A stretch of DNA of 64,000 nt, taken from the NCBI GenBank assembly GCA_964016885.1, contig OZ024749.1, forward strand, positions 54,126,001 through 54,190,000, given 5' to 3'. Under the pieces are notes generated by a model that saw only the letters and a program-made list of their open reading frames with translations, was not told where the DNA came from and ran no database searches. This document shows, piece by piece, positions 1 through 15,197 of the stretch (the stretch's first letter is position 1; every line of letters starts with the position of its first letter). This DNA comes from Eledone cirrhosa. Lineage: Eukaryota. Position numbers and translations under genes: made by a program.

Positions 1-90
1 GTGTGTATGTGTGGAAATGAGTATGTGTATGTGAGTGAACATATGTGAGTAAGTGTGTGTATGTACTGCATGTATATATGTATGACATGA

Positions 91-140
<50 letters not shown>

Positions 141-254
141 TTATGTATGAAATGTTAAAATTTCAAAACAGAATCAATATAATCGGTTGCCAAGTAATAA
201 ACTTCATTACACTTTAAATGATTTGCTACTAAAACACTTAATGAAACAGCCAAC

Positions 255-348
<94 letters not shown>

Positions 349-473
349 GGAGGTGAGTTTTATTGTAGTACAATAAAGCAATGCAGATATCGGATAAGTA
401 GCACTCTACAGTTTGTAGGACTGGAGTATAAATAATATATAAGATCAAAAGATGGTTAAAAGAGTTCCATGTA

Positions 474-540
474 TTTTATTATGCACATTTCAAAAACAAA
501 TATCATCATGCGATGACATTTGCGTTTTCGTCAGATAAAA
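474..540 (-). ncRNA. Type I hammerhead ribozyme fold
   Basis: Minus strand: ttttat-CTGACGA-aaacgcaaatgtcatc(gcat)gatgatatttgttttt-GAAA-tgtgca-TA|ataaaa; 6-bp stem I, long stem II, near-palindromic stem III. Confidence 0.8.
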
Positions 541-637
541 TAGGGAGACATGATATGAAGGTTAAAAAACACTTGTGAATAGTGCAGTTTTAAATCAACA
601 TATGAAAAGTAGTTTTAGATTGATGTGTGATATATAT

Positions 638-695
<58 letters not shown>

Positions 696-985
696 CATCA
701 TCATAATGTCCATGTGTGTGCATATATATATATTTAAATCAGGTGAAACTTTAAATTATTTTATTAATGTGTCTCACATGCATCTTCATTCAACTTATAT
801 CTCTCTCTCTATATATATATATAAGTACCAGTAATGTACTGGGTAATTTCTGGCCTTGTGCCAATAGTAGAAACAATTATATATATATAAGTAGAAGGGA
901 TATTTAATTTGTTGGAAATACAACAAATAAATATAAATGTTTATAACTGATTCAGAGCACTCGACAGATTTCTGGAGTAAATATT

Positions 986-1109
986 CAATGATATTAAATA
1001 AATGGAAACTATATTTATAAAACCATATTTATTTTAATTTTGGTACCCTTGAAATATATATAATTGAATAAATATGGTTTTATAAATATAGTTTCCATTT
1101 ATTTAATAT

Positions 1110-1114
<5 letters not shown>
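986..1114. mobile_element. Fold-back remnant of the 29.9-kb hammerhead element family
   Basis: 48-bp arms (986-1033 / 1067-1114); spacer retains ccctt-GAAA-tatata-TA; tail aataaatatggttttataaatatagtttccatttatttaatatca is also present at ~29938-29982. Confidence 0.75.
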
Positions 1115-1172
<58 letters not shown>

Positions 1173-1261
1173 ACCAATCTTGCCTCAAGTGGGAAAATTC
1201 CCGTCCAAACCCATGCTAGCGTGGAAGATGGATGTTAAACGATGATGATGATGATGATGAT

Positions 1262-1783
1262 ATATTGCGTTGGTATGGACATGTGATGTGTATGAAGGAT
1301 GACAGCTGCATAAAAAGGTGCAGAGCACTAGAAGTCAATAGAAACCGCGGAATGGGGAGACCCAAGATGACCTGGGATGAGGTGATAAAAGCCGACCTTA
1401 CCCAATTACACCTCTCAAAGGCGATGACACACGACCGTGACCTCTGGCGTCACACAGTAATACAGAGTACCCGACCTCCCATGGGTACAAGCTGAAGCAT
1501 ATAGACAATATGCCCCCACTGCAAGGTGGTCGTGAAGGTGCCACGGCAAAAAAGCACCCAGCCCACACTGTAAAGTGGACGTGTAGGTGCCATGGAAAAA
1601 AAGCCCCCAGCACTCACTATAAATAAGGTTGGTGTTAGGAAGGGCATCCAGCTGTAGAAATCAAGCCAAATCAGTTCCTGTATGAGCAAGGCATGGTCAG
1701 CCGATCAGACACTGCCCACAACAGAACAACCTGTCTAACCCATGCTAGCATGGAAAAACGGACATAAAACGGTGATGATGATG
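1262..1783 (+). mobile_element. 3' end of RTE-clade LINE (ORF C-terminus plus 3' UTR, GAT-repeat tail)
   Basis: LRWYGHVM...RGMGRPKMTWDEVIKADL...DRDLWR is the typical RTE C-terminus; the UTR (ggttggtgttaggaagggcatccagc) recurs many times in the window. Confidence 0.85.
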
Positions 1784-2112
1784 AGAGAGAGAGAGAGAGA
1801 GAGAGATGTGAAATGTTTAATACTATTTTGTTCTACAAGAGAAATGAACTTCTGTTGAAAATAACCAAAATACAACCCCACCCCACCTCACAAAAAATCC
1901 AAAACAACAACAAAAACCAATCGAAACAAAACAAAAGCCGAGACAAAAGAGAAAATCTAGAATCTGTGAAGTAATGAGAAGTTCAAATAGAAAGTATTAG
2001 GTCTTCCAACTACCAAAACATTAGTAGAAAAGCTTACCAATTCCATTATGGTATCACTTAATACTTTCAGAACATGAAAAAAAATCAAAAATAAATATCT
2101 AGCTAGAAGAAT

Positions 2113-2214
<102 letters not shown>

Positions 2215-2331
2215 ATATATATATTTATGTGTATATATATGTGTGTGTGTGTGTATATATATACATGTATGTATATATATACTATATATATATACACTAT
2301 ATATATATATACTATATATATATATATATAC

Positions 2332-2416
<85 letters not shown>

Positions 2417-2417
2417 C

Positions 2418-2448
<31 letters not shown>

Positions 2449-2741
2449 GTATATATATATGTATGTATATATGTATGTATATATACTATGTATGCATATA
2501 TACTATGTATGCATATATATATATATTTGTTGTGTTTTTTACGCTCTTATCTTTAATTTGTCTCCAATTTGTCAAAATATGCATTCTTCTTCTTCCTCTC
2601 CCCATCTACCCCTTCCTCCTCCCCTTCCTCCTCACAATTCCAATATTTTTCTTTCAGTTTAAAGAATTGTCTCTTTAATTCTCTCTCTTTTAGTGAGTTT
2701 ATTTTATTTTTGTCCTCCTTCTAGAGTGTAGAGAGTGTGGC

Positions 2742-3041
2742 GGTGGTGGTGGTGGTGGTGGTGGTGGTGGTGGTGGTGGTGGTGATGGTGGTGGTGGTGG
2801 TGGTGGTGACAGTGGTGGTGTTGGTGGTGGTGGTTGTGATGGTGGTTGTGATGGTGGTGGTGGTGGTGGTGATGGTGGTGATGGTGGTGGTGGTGACAGT
2901 GGTGGTGGTGGTGGTGGTGATGGTGGTGGTGGTGGTGGTGATGGTGGTGACAGTGGTGGTGTTGACAGTGGTGGTGTTGGTGGTGGTGGTTGTGATGGTG
3001 GTGGTGGTGGTGGTGGTGGTGGTGGTGACAGTGGTGGTGGG
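2742..3041. repeat. (GGT)n repeat followed by (GA)n-rich tract to ~3425
   Basis: Directly visible. Confidence 0.95.
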
Positions 3042-3353
3042 TAGATAGATAGAGAGAGGTTGATGGAGGGAGAGGGGGCGAGGCAGAGGGAAGGAGAGGG
3101 AGAAATAGCAAGAAACTGAGAGAGAGATAGAAATAGCAAGACAGAGAATCAGAGAGAGATAGTGAGAGAGAGAGAGAGAGGCATAGATAGATTTATAGAT
3201 GGTGAGATAGAGAAAAAGAGAGAGAGAGAGAGAGAGAGAGAAAGAGCAAGACAAAGTGATAAATAGATAGATACATATATATAGAGAGAGACATAGACAG
3301 ATAGATGGTGAGAGAGAGAGAGGGGGCGACATAGATAGAGAGAGAGGAGGGAC

Positions 3354-3430
<77 letters not shown>

Positions 3431-3555
3431 ATGTGTATCTATGTGTGACTTGTCTTATAATCAACCTCTGATATTTTTACTGGATAAAATTAGGATAAAG
3501 CAGACGACTTTATTATTTATTCAACCTCAATGAAAATGCTTACTGTTGCATATTT

Positions 3556-3590
<35 letters not shown>

Positions 3591-3592
<2 letters not shown>

Positions 3593-3730
3593 ACAAAGGA
3601 ATTGTGGTAAGGAACCAGATGGACCATAACGCACCAGAGTACTCAATACTTAGGGTAGTAGAGTGGGAAAAAGGAAAAAAGTATGACCCCGACGGCAGAG
3701 CTCAAGCCGTTTTGACGGCTATTTCTGGAC
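3591..3730 (-). mobile_element. Family A (TA)n-associated element (3' half-hammerhead plus tail)
   Basis: Shares ~140 bp with seven other copies in the window; abuts (TA)n. Confidence 0.8.
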
Positions 3731-4177
3731 TAATATATAATAGTCACCAGTGGAGAGATGATGTGTCGAATAGGACCTGTCCAATGGAAAAGCAGACGTA
3801 AGATGATGATGATGATGATGATGATATACTACAGAGAATTCTAGAATTAAACTATTATTATCACCATCACCACCACCACTACAACCATCATCATCATCAT
3901 CATCACCATTATTATTTTGCACATAATCACTGCATTACTGAGCGCTGTTACTGGTACTAAAATAAAGTACCATCAATTTAATTCCCTTTCCTCACCTGCC
4001 AAAAATTGTGCCAAATGTAGAAACAATTATTATTATCCTTATTTTGCACATTATCACTGCATTACTGAGCACAGCTCTGTGCACCTTGTACATGTGCAGC
4101 GTGGTTTTTGGTGGTGTTGTTTCTATTGTATTGAGAGTACTTTTTGTAATATATGTGCAGTGCTTTATTATTATTAT

Positions 4178-4391
4178 GGTGGACTGGCAGTAATCAGTAG
4201 AGCGTTGGACAACAAGCTTTGTGGCATAGAGTTACGACCCTTTACGTTCTGAGTTCAAATCTCACTGAGGTTAGCTTTGCCTTTCATCCTTACGTGGTTG
4301 ATAAAATAAAGTACCAGTAATGCACTGGGGTTGATTTAATTGACTCCCCCTCTCCCCGATTACTGGTCTGGTGCCTAAATCAGAAACCATT
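4178..4391 (+). mobile_element. tRNA-derived SINE with Nin/Deu-like core
   Basis: A-box-like tggcagtaatcag, B-box gagttcaaatc, core tttgcctttcatcctt..gataaaataaagtaccag; about 18 copies or fragments in the window. Confidence 0.8.
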
Positions 4392-5704
4392 CTTATTATT
4401 ATCATATTGAGATAAAGAAGTGACCTATCTGCAGCTTTCTCTATCCAAATTCTCATAACAACAATAGCTTCAAGTAGAGAACTTGAAATTCCTTTTATCT
4501 CTGAAATGGCAAAGCAGTGAATACTGTATGGGTGTATATATATATATATATGGAGGCACATGGCTTAGTGGTTAGAGCATTGGCCTTGCAATCGAAAGGT
4601 TGTGAGTTCAATTCTCAGACCAGGTGATGTGTTGTTTCCTTGAGCAAGACACTTTATTTCACATTGCTCCAGTTTACTCAGCTGTAGAAATGAGATGATA
4701 GGGACTGGGGTCCCTATCATTCCACTGCAAAGTGGTTGTGGAGGTGCCACGGCAAAAAAGCACCCAGCACTCACTGTAAATGAGGTTGGTGTTAGGAAGG
4801 GCATCCAGCTGTAGAAATCAAGCCAGAATCAGTTCCCGTCCCACCCTTGCAAGCAGGGAAAAAGCGGACGTAAAATGAAATGAAATGATGATATATATAT
4901 ATGTGTGTGTGTGTGTATGTCTGCCTGTCTGTCTATATATATAGTTGAAGTTAAAAATTCAAAACGTGTATATATATATATATATATATATATAATTATC
5001 GTCATTGTTTTTACATCTCGCTTTAAAAAATAAATATATATATATATATTTATCATCATCATCACCATCACTGTTTTACATCCATATAAATATATATACA
5101 TATAAACATATATATATACATACATGTATGGTCACACACATTTATAACACATTTACCAACAATACAACTGAAAAGAAAAGAAAATCCCCCAAATTGTAAT
5201 TTGTATATCAGTAATGTGGTCTTTGATATATTTGTGTAATGTCGTCATATTCTCAATTAGTTCCTTTAATTAAAATAAATGTTTTGTAGGTGTGTTATTG
5301 CGGTCATGACTAATATTTTACTAGTGAACTTTATCACTAGTTACTAACAATCGATAGATACATCATCATCACCATCATCTTCACCACCATCATCATCATC
5401 ACCCCCACCATTATTACGATCATCATCATCATCATCTGCACCACCTCCACCATCATCGTTTAGCATCCATTTTTTTCATGCCAGCGTGGGTTAGATGTGT
5501 TGTCTTGTGAGACAAGTTAGAGGTCAGGTGACCAGTTCTTGCTCATACAGAACTTGTTTCTGGTTTGGTTTCTATGGCAGGATGTCCTCCCTAATGCCAT
5601 CACATTTACAGTGCGGACTTGTTGGAGTACTTTTTATCAAAGTACCAACACAACCACATTTAGGGTGGACTGGATGCTTTTTCAATAAACACACTCAACC
5701 CTTC

Positions 5705-6735
5705 CTGTAAAGTTGTAGTGCTGGTGTCACAAGACAAAGCACCTAGTTCACTCTGTAAGGTGGTAGTGCTGGTGTCAAAAGAAAAAGCACCTAGTTCACT
5801 CTGTAAAGTTGTTATGCTGGTGTCACAAGAAAAAGCACCTAGTTCACTCTAAGGTGGTAGTGCTGGAGTCACAAGACAAAGCACCTAGTTCACTCTGTAA
5901 GGTGGTAGTGCTGGTGTCACAAGAAAAAGCACCTAGTTCACTCTGTAAAGTTGTTATGCTAGTGTCACAAGAAAAAGCACCTAGTTCACTCTAAGGTGGT
6001 AGTGCTGGAGTCACAAGACAAAGCACCTAGTTCACTCTGTAAGGTGGTAGTGCTGGTGTCACAAGACAAAGCATCTAGTTCACTCTGTAAGGTGGTAGTG
6101 CTGGTGCCACAAGACAAAGCACCTAGTTCACTCTGTAAAGTTGTAGTGCTGGTGTCACAAGACAAAGCACCTAGTTCACTCTGTAAGGTGGTAGTGCTGG
6201 TGCCACAAGAAAATGCACCTAGTTCACTCTGTAAAGTTGTAGTGCTGGTGTCACAAGACAAAGCACCTAGTTCACTCTGTAAGGTGGTAGTGCTGGTGCC
6301 ACAAGAAAAAGCACCTAGTTCACTCTGTAAAGTTGTTATGCTGGTGTCACAAGAAAAAGCACCTAGTTCACTCTAAGGTGGTAGTGCTGGTGTCATAAGA
6401 AAAAGCACCTAGATCACTCTGTAAGGTGGTAGTGCTGGTGTCATAAGAAAAAGCACCAAGTTCACTCTGTAAAGTTGTAGTGCTGGTGTCACAAGAAAAA
6501 GCACCTAGTTCACTCTAAGGTGGTAGTGCTGGTGTCATAAGAAAAAGCATCTAGATCACTCTGTAAGGTGGTAGTGCTGGTGTCATAAGAAAAAGCACCA
6601 AGTTCACCATGTAAAGTGGTAGTGCTGGTGCCACAACAAAAAAACACCAAGTTCACCATGTAAAGTGGTAGTACTGGTGCCACAACAAAAAGCACCAAGT
6701 TCACCATGTAAGGTGGTAGTGCTGGAGACATGATA
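5705..6735 (+). repeat. 48-bp minisatellite, ~21 copies, derived from the RTE 3' UTR
   Basis: Unit ctctgtaaggtggtagtgctggtgtcacaagacaaagcacctagttca runs directly into the RTE UTR at ~6740-6905. Confidence 0.9.
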
Positions 6736-7143
6736 AAATGCTCCCAGTACACGCTGTCAAGTTGTTGGCATTAGGAATGGCATCCAACCATAGAAATCCA
6801 AGCCAAAACAGAGAATACAAGCGGGATGTCGCCACATGACTTCCCTGTCCTCACCACCTGACAACTGCTCTAAGCCATGTGGTATAAAAATAAAATAGAC
6901 ATTAAATGGTGATGATGATGATGACAATAAGGATGATGATGATGACAATAAGGATGATGATGATGACAATAAGGATGATGATGATGATGATGACAATAAG
7001 GATGATGATGATGATGACACCGATAATGATGATGACGGTAATGATGAAAATGACAATGATAATGATGATGATGATGATGATGTGATGATAACGATGATAA
7101 TGATGATGATGATGACAACGATACTGACGATGATGATGACAAC

Positions 7144-7184
<41 letters not shown>

Positions 7185-7599
7185 GCGCAATCATTACAGG
7201 ATGTTAAAAGTTGAATATTACCATCCTAAATTACTCCAGAAAAATACAATAGAATCATGAGTAATAGTACAAGTAATTTATATTGTCCCCCATAAGGAAG
7301 TGCATTCCAATATGTTAGGGTGTGTGTGGGGGGTTAAAGAATTTGATGTCATAAGATAGTAATGAGGTGCGCTGGAAGTGGGTGGAAAACATAGTTGTTC
7401 AGTGAAGCCTGTCAGTGTAGAAACTATATGTGACACTGTAATGTCATTTTTGGAAGACCTTTTGAAAGTTATATATTGTATGTAAGGACCCTACTGTATG
7501 TAAGGCTCCTTGTGAGGTTGTAGAGGTGACATAGTGACATAGGGTTTTACTTGGGCACAGGGGTGTAACTAGGGTATGGGAAGTATGGTAATATAAGTA

Positions 7600-7790
7600 A
7601 TAATTGTTTCTACTTTTGGCACAAGGCCAGCAATTATTCCAGTGTATTACTGGTACTTTATTTTATCGACCCCCGTCAGGATGAACGGCAAAGTTGACCT
7701 GGGCGGGATTTGAACTCGGACCGTAAAGGGGCGTAACTCTGCTAGACAGCATGGCGTCAGACCCTCTACCGATACTGTCAATTCACCGCC
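7600..7790 (-). mobile_element. tRNA-derived SINE (Nin/Deu-like core)
   Basis: Full-length reverse copy of the same family. Confidence 0.8.
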
Positions 7791-7841
7791 TTTATAATAT
7801 AAGTAATAATGACATGACAATGCTAATGATAGTGCTGCTGT

Positions 7842-7882
<41 letters not shown>

Positions 7883-8313
7883 AAAATCACAAACAATAAC
7901 GTTTTCACTTTAGAGTAATTAATATTTCTATGAGAACATTTTAATAAGAATTGTCAATTTGTTTCCTACACAGAAAAAAAAAAAGGAAACCATTATCTGC
8001 GAGACTGTATTTCCTTTTATAGTAAATTGCACTGTGAAATCAATATACAAGGTTAAACTTTTAACATATTGATAATAGAAAGTTGAGATAAAAAATAATC
8101 TAGAGAGAAGTAATTGACATGACAATGACCATAATGACGACGACATTCACAATAATTATTATTTCAAACCTTAAATAAGTGTATTGTGTCTGTCTCATCT
8201 TTAGAAATATTATCACAATTGATTCTTCATTTTAACTAAAGCCTCAGATTTATAAGAGTGAACAAATGAAATTATATATATGTGTGTGTGTGTGTGTTTG
8301 TTATCTCTCTCTC

Positions 8314-9957
<1,644 letters not shown>

Positions 9958-10166
9958 AAATGTAATCTGAGTTTTTCGAATATTAATAATTGTTTCTACT
10001 TTTAACATTCATCAACGTTTAACATCTATATATATATATAAAGAATTAGTATATCTACCAACATATTTATACAGAAGTACACTTATACTAGCAAGATATA
10101 GGTTTCGTCTATTTTTGTTTGAGATCCCTGTGTCCGCCTATCGCCTGGGATCTTAGCAGAGAATTG

Positions 10167-10244
10167 ACTCCCTGATGAAGAAAGGAATTCTCCATGGTTT
10201 TGAACACTATGTATATCCCCTTTCAGAAACTAATTAGTTGGAGT
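10167..10244 (+). ncRNA. Type I hammerhead ribozyme fold
   Basis: actcc-CTGATGA-agaaagg...cctttca-GAAA-ctaattag-TT|ggagt; perfect 5-bp stem I, gaaagg/cctttc stem II, palindromic aactaattagtt stem III. Confidence 0.75.
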
Positions 10245-11002
10245 GAAACTTAAGTAAGTAAGTTAATTATTATAATTTTCTTATTTTACATCTTTCATAT
10301 ATATATTTATATATATATATATATATATTAATATATATGTTGCGAGTGTGCAGGTGAAACTCCAGAATAACAAGATACACTATTTAGCCAAAAGTAATGA
10401 ATATTTAAACTTTACTTTGGTATTGAGTACTTCTTTCTCTTATCCTTCAACTATATACAAATATTTATATATATATATATATGTTATTGATTTTTTTCTG
10501 AACTTTTAATTTGTGATCACCCTGCTGCAGCCAAGCCAGAGTGTCAGAAATGTAAGCAGGTGTTATAAGCTTTGATCTAATGTCAGTACTCAAACTTCAT
10601 TATCCTAATGACACATGCCCAGACGGTGTAGCGGGGAATGCTCCCTGGTGCACAGAACTCCAGCCACAGGCTACTTCATGGCATGGTCACAGAAGACAGA
10701 ATGGAGAAAGTGTTGCCCTGGATGATGGCAAGGAGATGTGTTGAAATAGCCATTCTAACTTGTGGGGATCACTCTGTGAAATGATTAACATGCTGGTTTG
10801 TTTGTTGTTCTTTTAAAAGGTTTGTTAGTCACTGAATATTTAAAAGGTTAGTTACTTAGTCATATGAAATTACTGAAATTTCAGAAGAAGGAAACATTAA
10901 AAAAATATAGGAAAAAACATTGAATGTGAAAATTAAAAAGATCTCAAGATTCTAGAAAATTAATTTCTGAAGAAAACGGTTTTAGAATGATCACTATTTT
11001 AC

Positions 11003-11262
11003 ATATGAGGATAGGCTGAATAGTTCATAGGATGACGATGAAGGAGTGATGCTAGAGCTGTGAAATCTTGCATGTATTAATTTCAACTACGAAGATCAGC
11101 TAAATAGTTCATAGGCTGACTGTGAAGGAGTGATGCTAGAGCTATGAAATCTTGCTTGTATTAATTTCAACTACGAAGATCAGCTAAATAGTTCATAGGC
11201 TGACTGTGAAAGAGTGATGATAGAGCTGTGAAATTTTGCATGTATTAATTTAACTATGAGGT
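11003..11262 (+). repeat. 84-bp tandem repeat x3, mariner-TIR-like start
   Basis: Period 84 (11015, 11099, 11183); starts tatgaggataggctgaatagttc. Confidence 0.8.
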
Positions 11263-11877
11263 GTACTGGTTCATCATCATCTGCTCTCTGAGTTTCAGTA
11301 ACCTGAGATCAGCTCTCACCACCTTTACCCAGGTCTTCCTTGGTCTTCCTCTACTGCAGCTTCTCTCCACAAGCCGAGTTCCTTCATTTCCTCTGTGAGT
11401 CTCATTAACTTGAGATCAGCTCTCACTACATCTACCCAGATCTTCCCTTGGTTTACCTCTACCACAGATATTACCCCTATTTTACACACTAACAGCAGGT
11501 GTAGTGGTTCCATGGTTCCATTATTCCAAGTGCTGGAATATGTGTTAGCAAAGTTGTAGTGGTGTAAATAAGTGAGAAAAAAAAGGACGTTATAATTAAG
11601 ACAAGAAATAGAGAAGCTATGAAGAAATGAAGGAAGCACTTGCAATGTTGCTGAAGCTATGTTAACATTGTCGTGTTCAAAGAATTGGAATTAATGATCA
11701 AAGTCAATAGTTCATTATATGTTCTTGCTAAATGTCTGTTGCAATAACTGATACAAGTTCTTCACCACCACCACCACCACCACCACCTTTCCACTGAATG
11801 TAACAGAAATAGGGGAGGTGGAGGATGATGATGAAAAAGTGGAAATTGTTGAGTAGCATGAAAAAGAGGAATAATAA

Positions 11878-11908
<31 letters not shown>

Positions 11909-11914
11909 AATAAT

Positions 11915-12368
11915 AATTGTTTCTACTTTTGGCACAAGGCCAGAAATTGCCCAGTACATTACTGGTACTTTATTTTATCGACCCTGTAAGGATGAAAGGC
12001 AAAGTTAACCTCGGCAGGATTTGAACTCAGTTCGTAAAGGGACGTAACTGTGCTGCAAAGCATGGCATCTGACCCTCTACCGATACTGCCAATCCACCAC
12101 CCCAGCATGGCGTCTGACCTTCTACCGATACTGCCAATCCACCACCCCAGCATGGCGTCTGACCTTCTACCGATACTGCCAATCCACCACCCCAGCATGG
12201 CATCTGACCCTCTACCGATACTGCCAATCCACCACCCCAGCATGGCGTCTGACCTTCTACCGATACTGCCAATCCACCACCCCAGCATGGCATCTGACCC
12301 TCTACCGATACTGCCAATCCACCACCCCAGCATGGCGTCTGACCTTCTACCGATACCGCCAATCCACC
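11915..12368 (-). mobile_element. SINE with 5' head amplified as a 45-bp tandem (~7 copies)
   Basis: SINE body 11915-12060, then (catggcgtctgaccttctaccgatactgccaatccaccaccccag)n. Confidence 0.82.
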
Positions 12369-12414
12369 TCTCGTATGAACATAAAGCAAGATAAATGAAA
12401 AAATAATAATAATA

Positions 12415-13350
12415 ATGTGGAAAATGAAAACAGAAACAATACCTATAATAATAGGTGCTCTGGGGAATGATAAAAAAATATACAACATAGCCAAAACCTC
12501 AAGACTTACAAATATATACAGCATACAAACGATAGCACTACTAGGTACTGTATATATATTATATAGAGTACCACAGGACTTACAAATATATACAGCATAC
12601 AAAAGATAGCACTACTAGGTACTGTATATATATTATATAGAGTACCACAGGACTTACAAATATATACAGCATACAAAAGATAGCACTACTAGGTACTGTA
12701 TATATATTATATAGAGTACCACAGGACTTACAAATATATACAGCATACAAAAGATAGCACTACAAGGTACTGTATATATATTATATAGAGTACCACAGGA
12801 CTTACAAATATATACAACATACAAAAGATAGCATTACTAGGTACTGTATATATATATTATATAGAGTACCACAGGACTTACAAATATATACAGCATACAA
12901 ACGATAGCACTACTAGGTACTGTATATATATTATATAGAGTACCACAGGACTTACAAATATATACAGCATACAAAAGATAGCACTACAAGGTACTGTATA
13001 TATATTATATAGAGTACCACAGGACTTACAAATATATACAGCATACAAACGATAGCACTACAAGGTACTGTATATATATTATATAGAGTACCACAGGACT
13101 TACAAATATATACAGCATACAAAAGATAGCACTACTAGGTACTGTATATATATATTATATAGAGTACCTCAGGACTTACAAATATATACAACATACAAAA
13201 GATAGCATTACTAGGTACTGCACACATATTATGAAAAGTACTATCAATACAATAGAAACAACATCACTGCACATACCCAAACTACACTGCACATACCCAA
13301 GGAACACAGAGCTGTGCTCGGTAAAGCAGTAATGATGCGCAATAAAAATA
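12415..13350 (+). mobile_element. R4/Dong-like 3' end with an internal 74-bp unit amplified ~10 times
   Basis: MWKMKTETIPIIIGALG...IYSIQKIALLGT; unit period 74 (12571, 12645...); (TAA)n flanks; its 3' UTR recurs inverted at ~4040-4165. Confidence 0.78.
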
Positions 13351-13740
13351 ATAATGGAAATAATGGTTTCTTATATAGGCACAAGGCCAGCAATTTTGGG
13401 GGAGGGGAAAGTTGATTAAATCGACCCCAGTGCATGACTGGTACTTTATTTTATCAATCCCATAGGATGAATGGCAAAGCTAACCTCGTCAGGATTTGAA
13501 CTCAGAACGTAAAGGGACGCAAAGGGACGTAACTCTATGCTGCAAAGCATGTTAATAATTAGGAGCAGTTAGTAAAAAGGTTGGATGCATGACTTGAGAA
13601 GCTAGGAATTACCACTAGGACAGGATTGTTAGAGTAAACAGCCTTGCTAGAAACAGCAGGGGTTACACCATTATAGCATAAAAACACTAAATATCTTTTA
13701 TCCATCTGACCTCTGCTGGAGTGGAACATAGACGTTAAAT

Positions 13741-14402
13741 AATGATGGTGATGATGATGATAATGATGGTGATTATGGTGATGATGATGATAATGATGGT
13801 GATGATGGTGATGATGGTGATAATGATGGTGATAATGATGGTGATGATGGTGATGATGATGGTGATTATGGTGATGATGGTGATGATGATGGTGATTATG
13901 GTGATGATGGTGATGATGGTGGTGATGATGATAATGATGGTGGTGATGATGGTGATGGTGGTGGTGATGATGGTGATGGTGGTGGTGATGGAGGTGATGG
14001 TGGTGATGGTGGTGATGGTGATGGTGGTGATGATGGTGATGATGGTGATGATGGTGATGGTGGTGATGGTGATGGTGATGGTGATGATGGTGATGGTGAT
14101 GGTGATAATGGTGATGGTGATGATGGTGATGGTGATGATGGTGATGATAATGATGATAATGATGGTGATTATGGTGATGATGGTGATGATGGTGGTGATG
14201 ATGGTGATGATGGTGGTGATGATGATGGTGATAATGGTGATGGTGGTGATGATGGTGATGACGGTGATGATGGTGATGGTGATGATGGTGATGATGGTGA
14301 TGGTGATGATGGTGATGATGATGGTGATGGTGATGATGGTGGTGGTGGTGATGATGGTGGTGATGGTGGGGATGGTGATGATGGTGATGATGGTGATGAT
14401 GG

Positions 14403-14455
<53 letters not shown>

Positions 14456-14660
14456 GTGATGGTGATGATGGTGATGATGGTGGTGATGATGATGGTGGTG
14501 ATGATGATGGTGATGATGGTGATGATGGTGGTGATGGTGGTGGTGGTGATGATGGTGGTGATGGTGGGGATGGTGGTGATGGTGATGGTGATGGTGATGG
14601 TGATGATGGTGATGATGGTGATGATGGTGGTGATGGTGATGGTGATGGTGATGATGATGG

Positions 14661-14701
<41 letters not shown>

Positions 14702-14741
14702 GTGACGATGATGGTGATGATGATGATGGTGATGATGATGA
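13741..14741. repeat. 1-kb (GAT/GGT)n trinucleotide repeat
   Basis: Directly visible; poly-His/poly-Met-Val ORFs are artefacts. Confidence 0.98.
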
Positions 14742-15158
14742 TCTTGCAGTAATTTTGTTATATTTCTGTCCATTTTCAGTTCAAATCTTGTCATGGTTTA
14801 ATTTGTCTTTTATTTTTCCGACTTTATTACCTTGTCCCCCTGCTGATGTCATCATTGGCTCTTGTCCTTATATGGGCTTGATAAACATGTACAAGTGGTT
14901 GGTCATTCCATTGACACATGTACCCATAACATAGTTCTCAGGGAGATTCAGCATGACACAGTGTGTGACAAGGTTGGCCCTTTGAATTACAGGTACAACT
15001 TATTTTGGCCAGCTGAGTGGACTGGAGCAATGTGAAATTGAGGTTCTTGTTCAAGGACACATCCCTGCCACCAAGCTATGACATTAGAATTGTGAGCAAA
15101 TATCCTAACCACTAAGTCATATACATACATATATACATACATACATATATACATACAC

Positions 15159-15197
<39 letters not shown>

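Noticed and set aside
4552-4625. tRNA-like sequence with A and B boxes
   Set aside because: Continues into a SINE body with no proper acceptor stem; a SINE head rather than a tRNA gene.
13559-14794. Poly-His 411-aa and poly-Met/Val 336-aa ORFs
   Set aside because: (GAT/GGT)n trinucleotide expansion with no splice or domain evidence.
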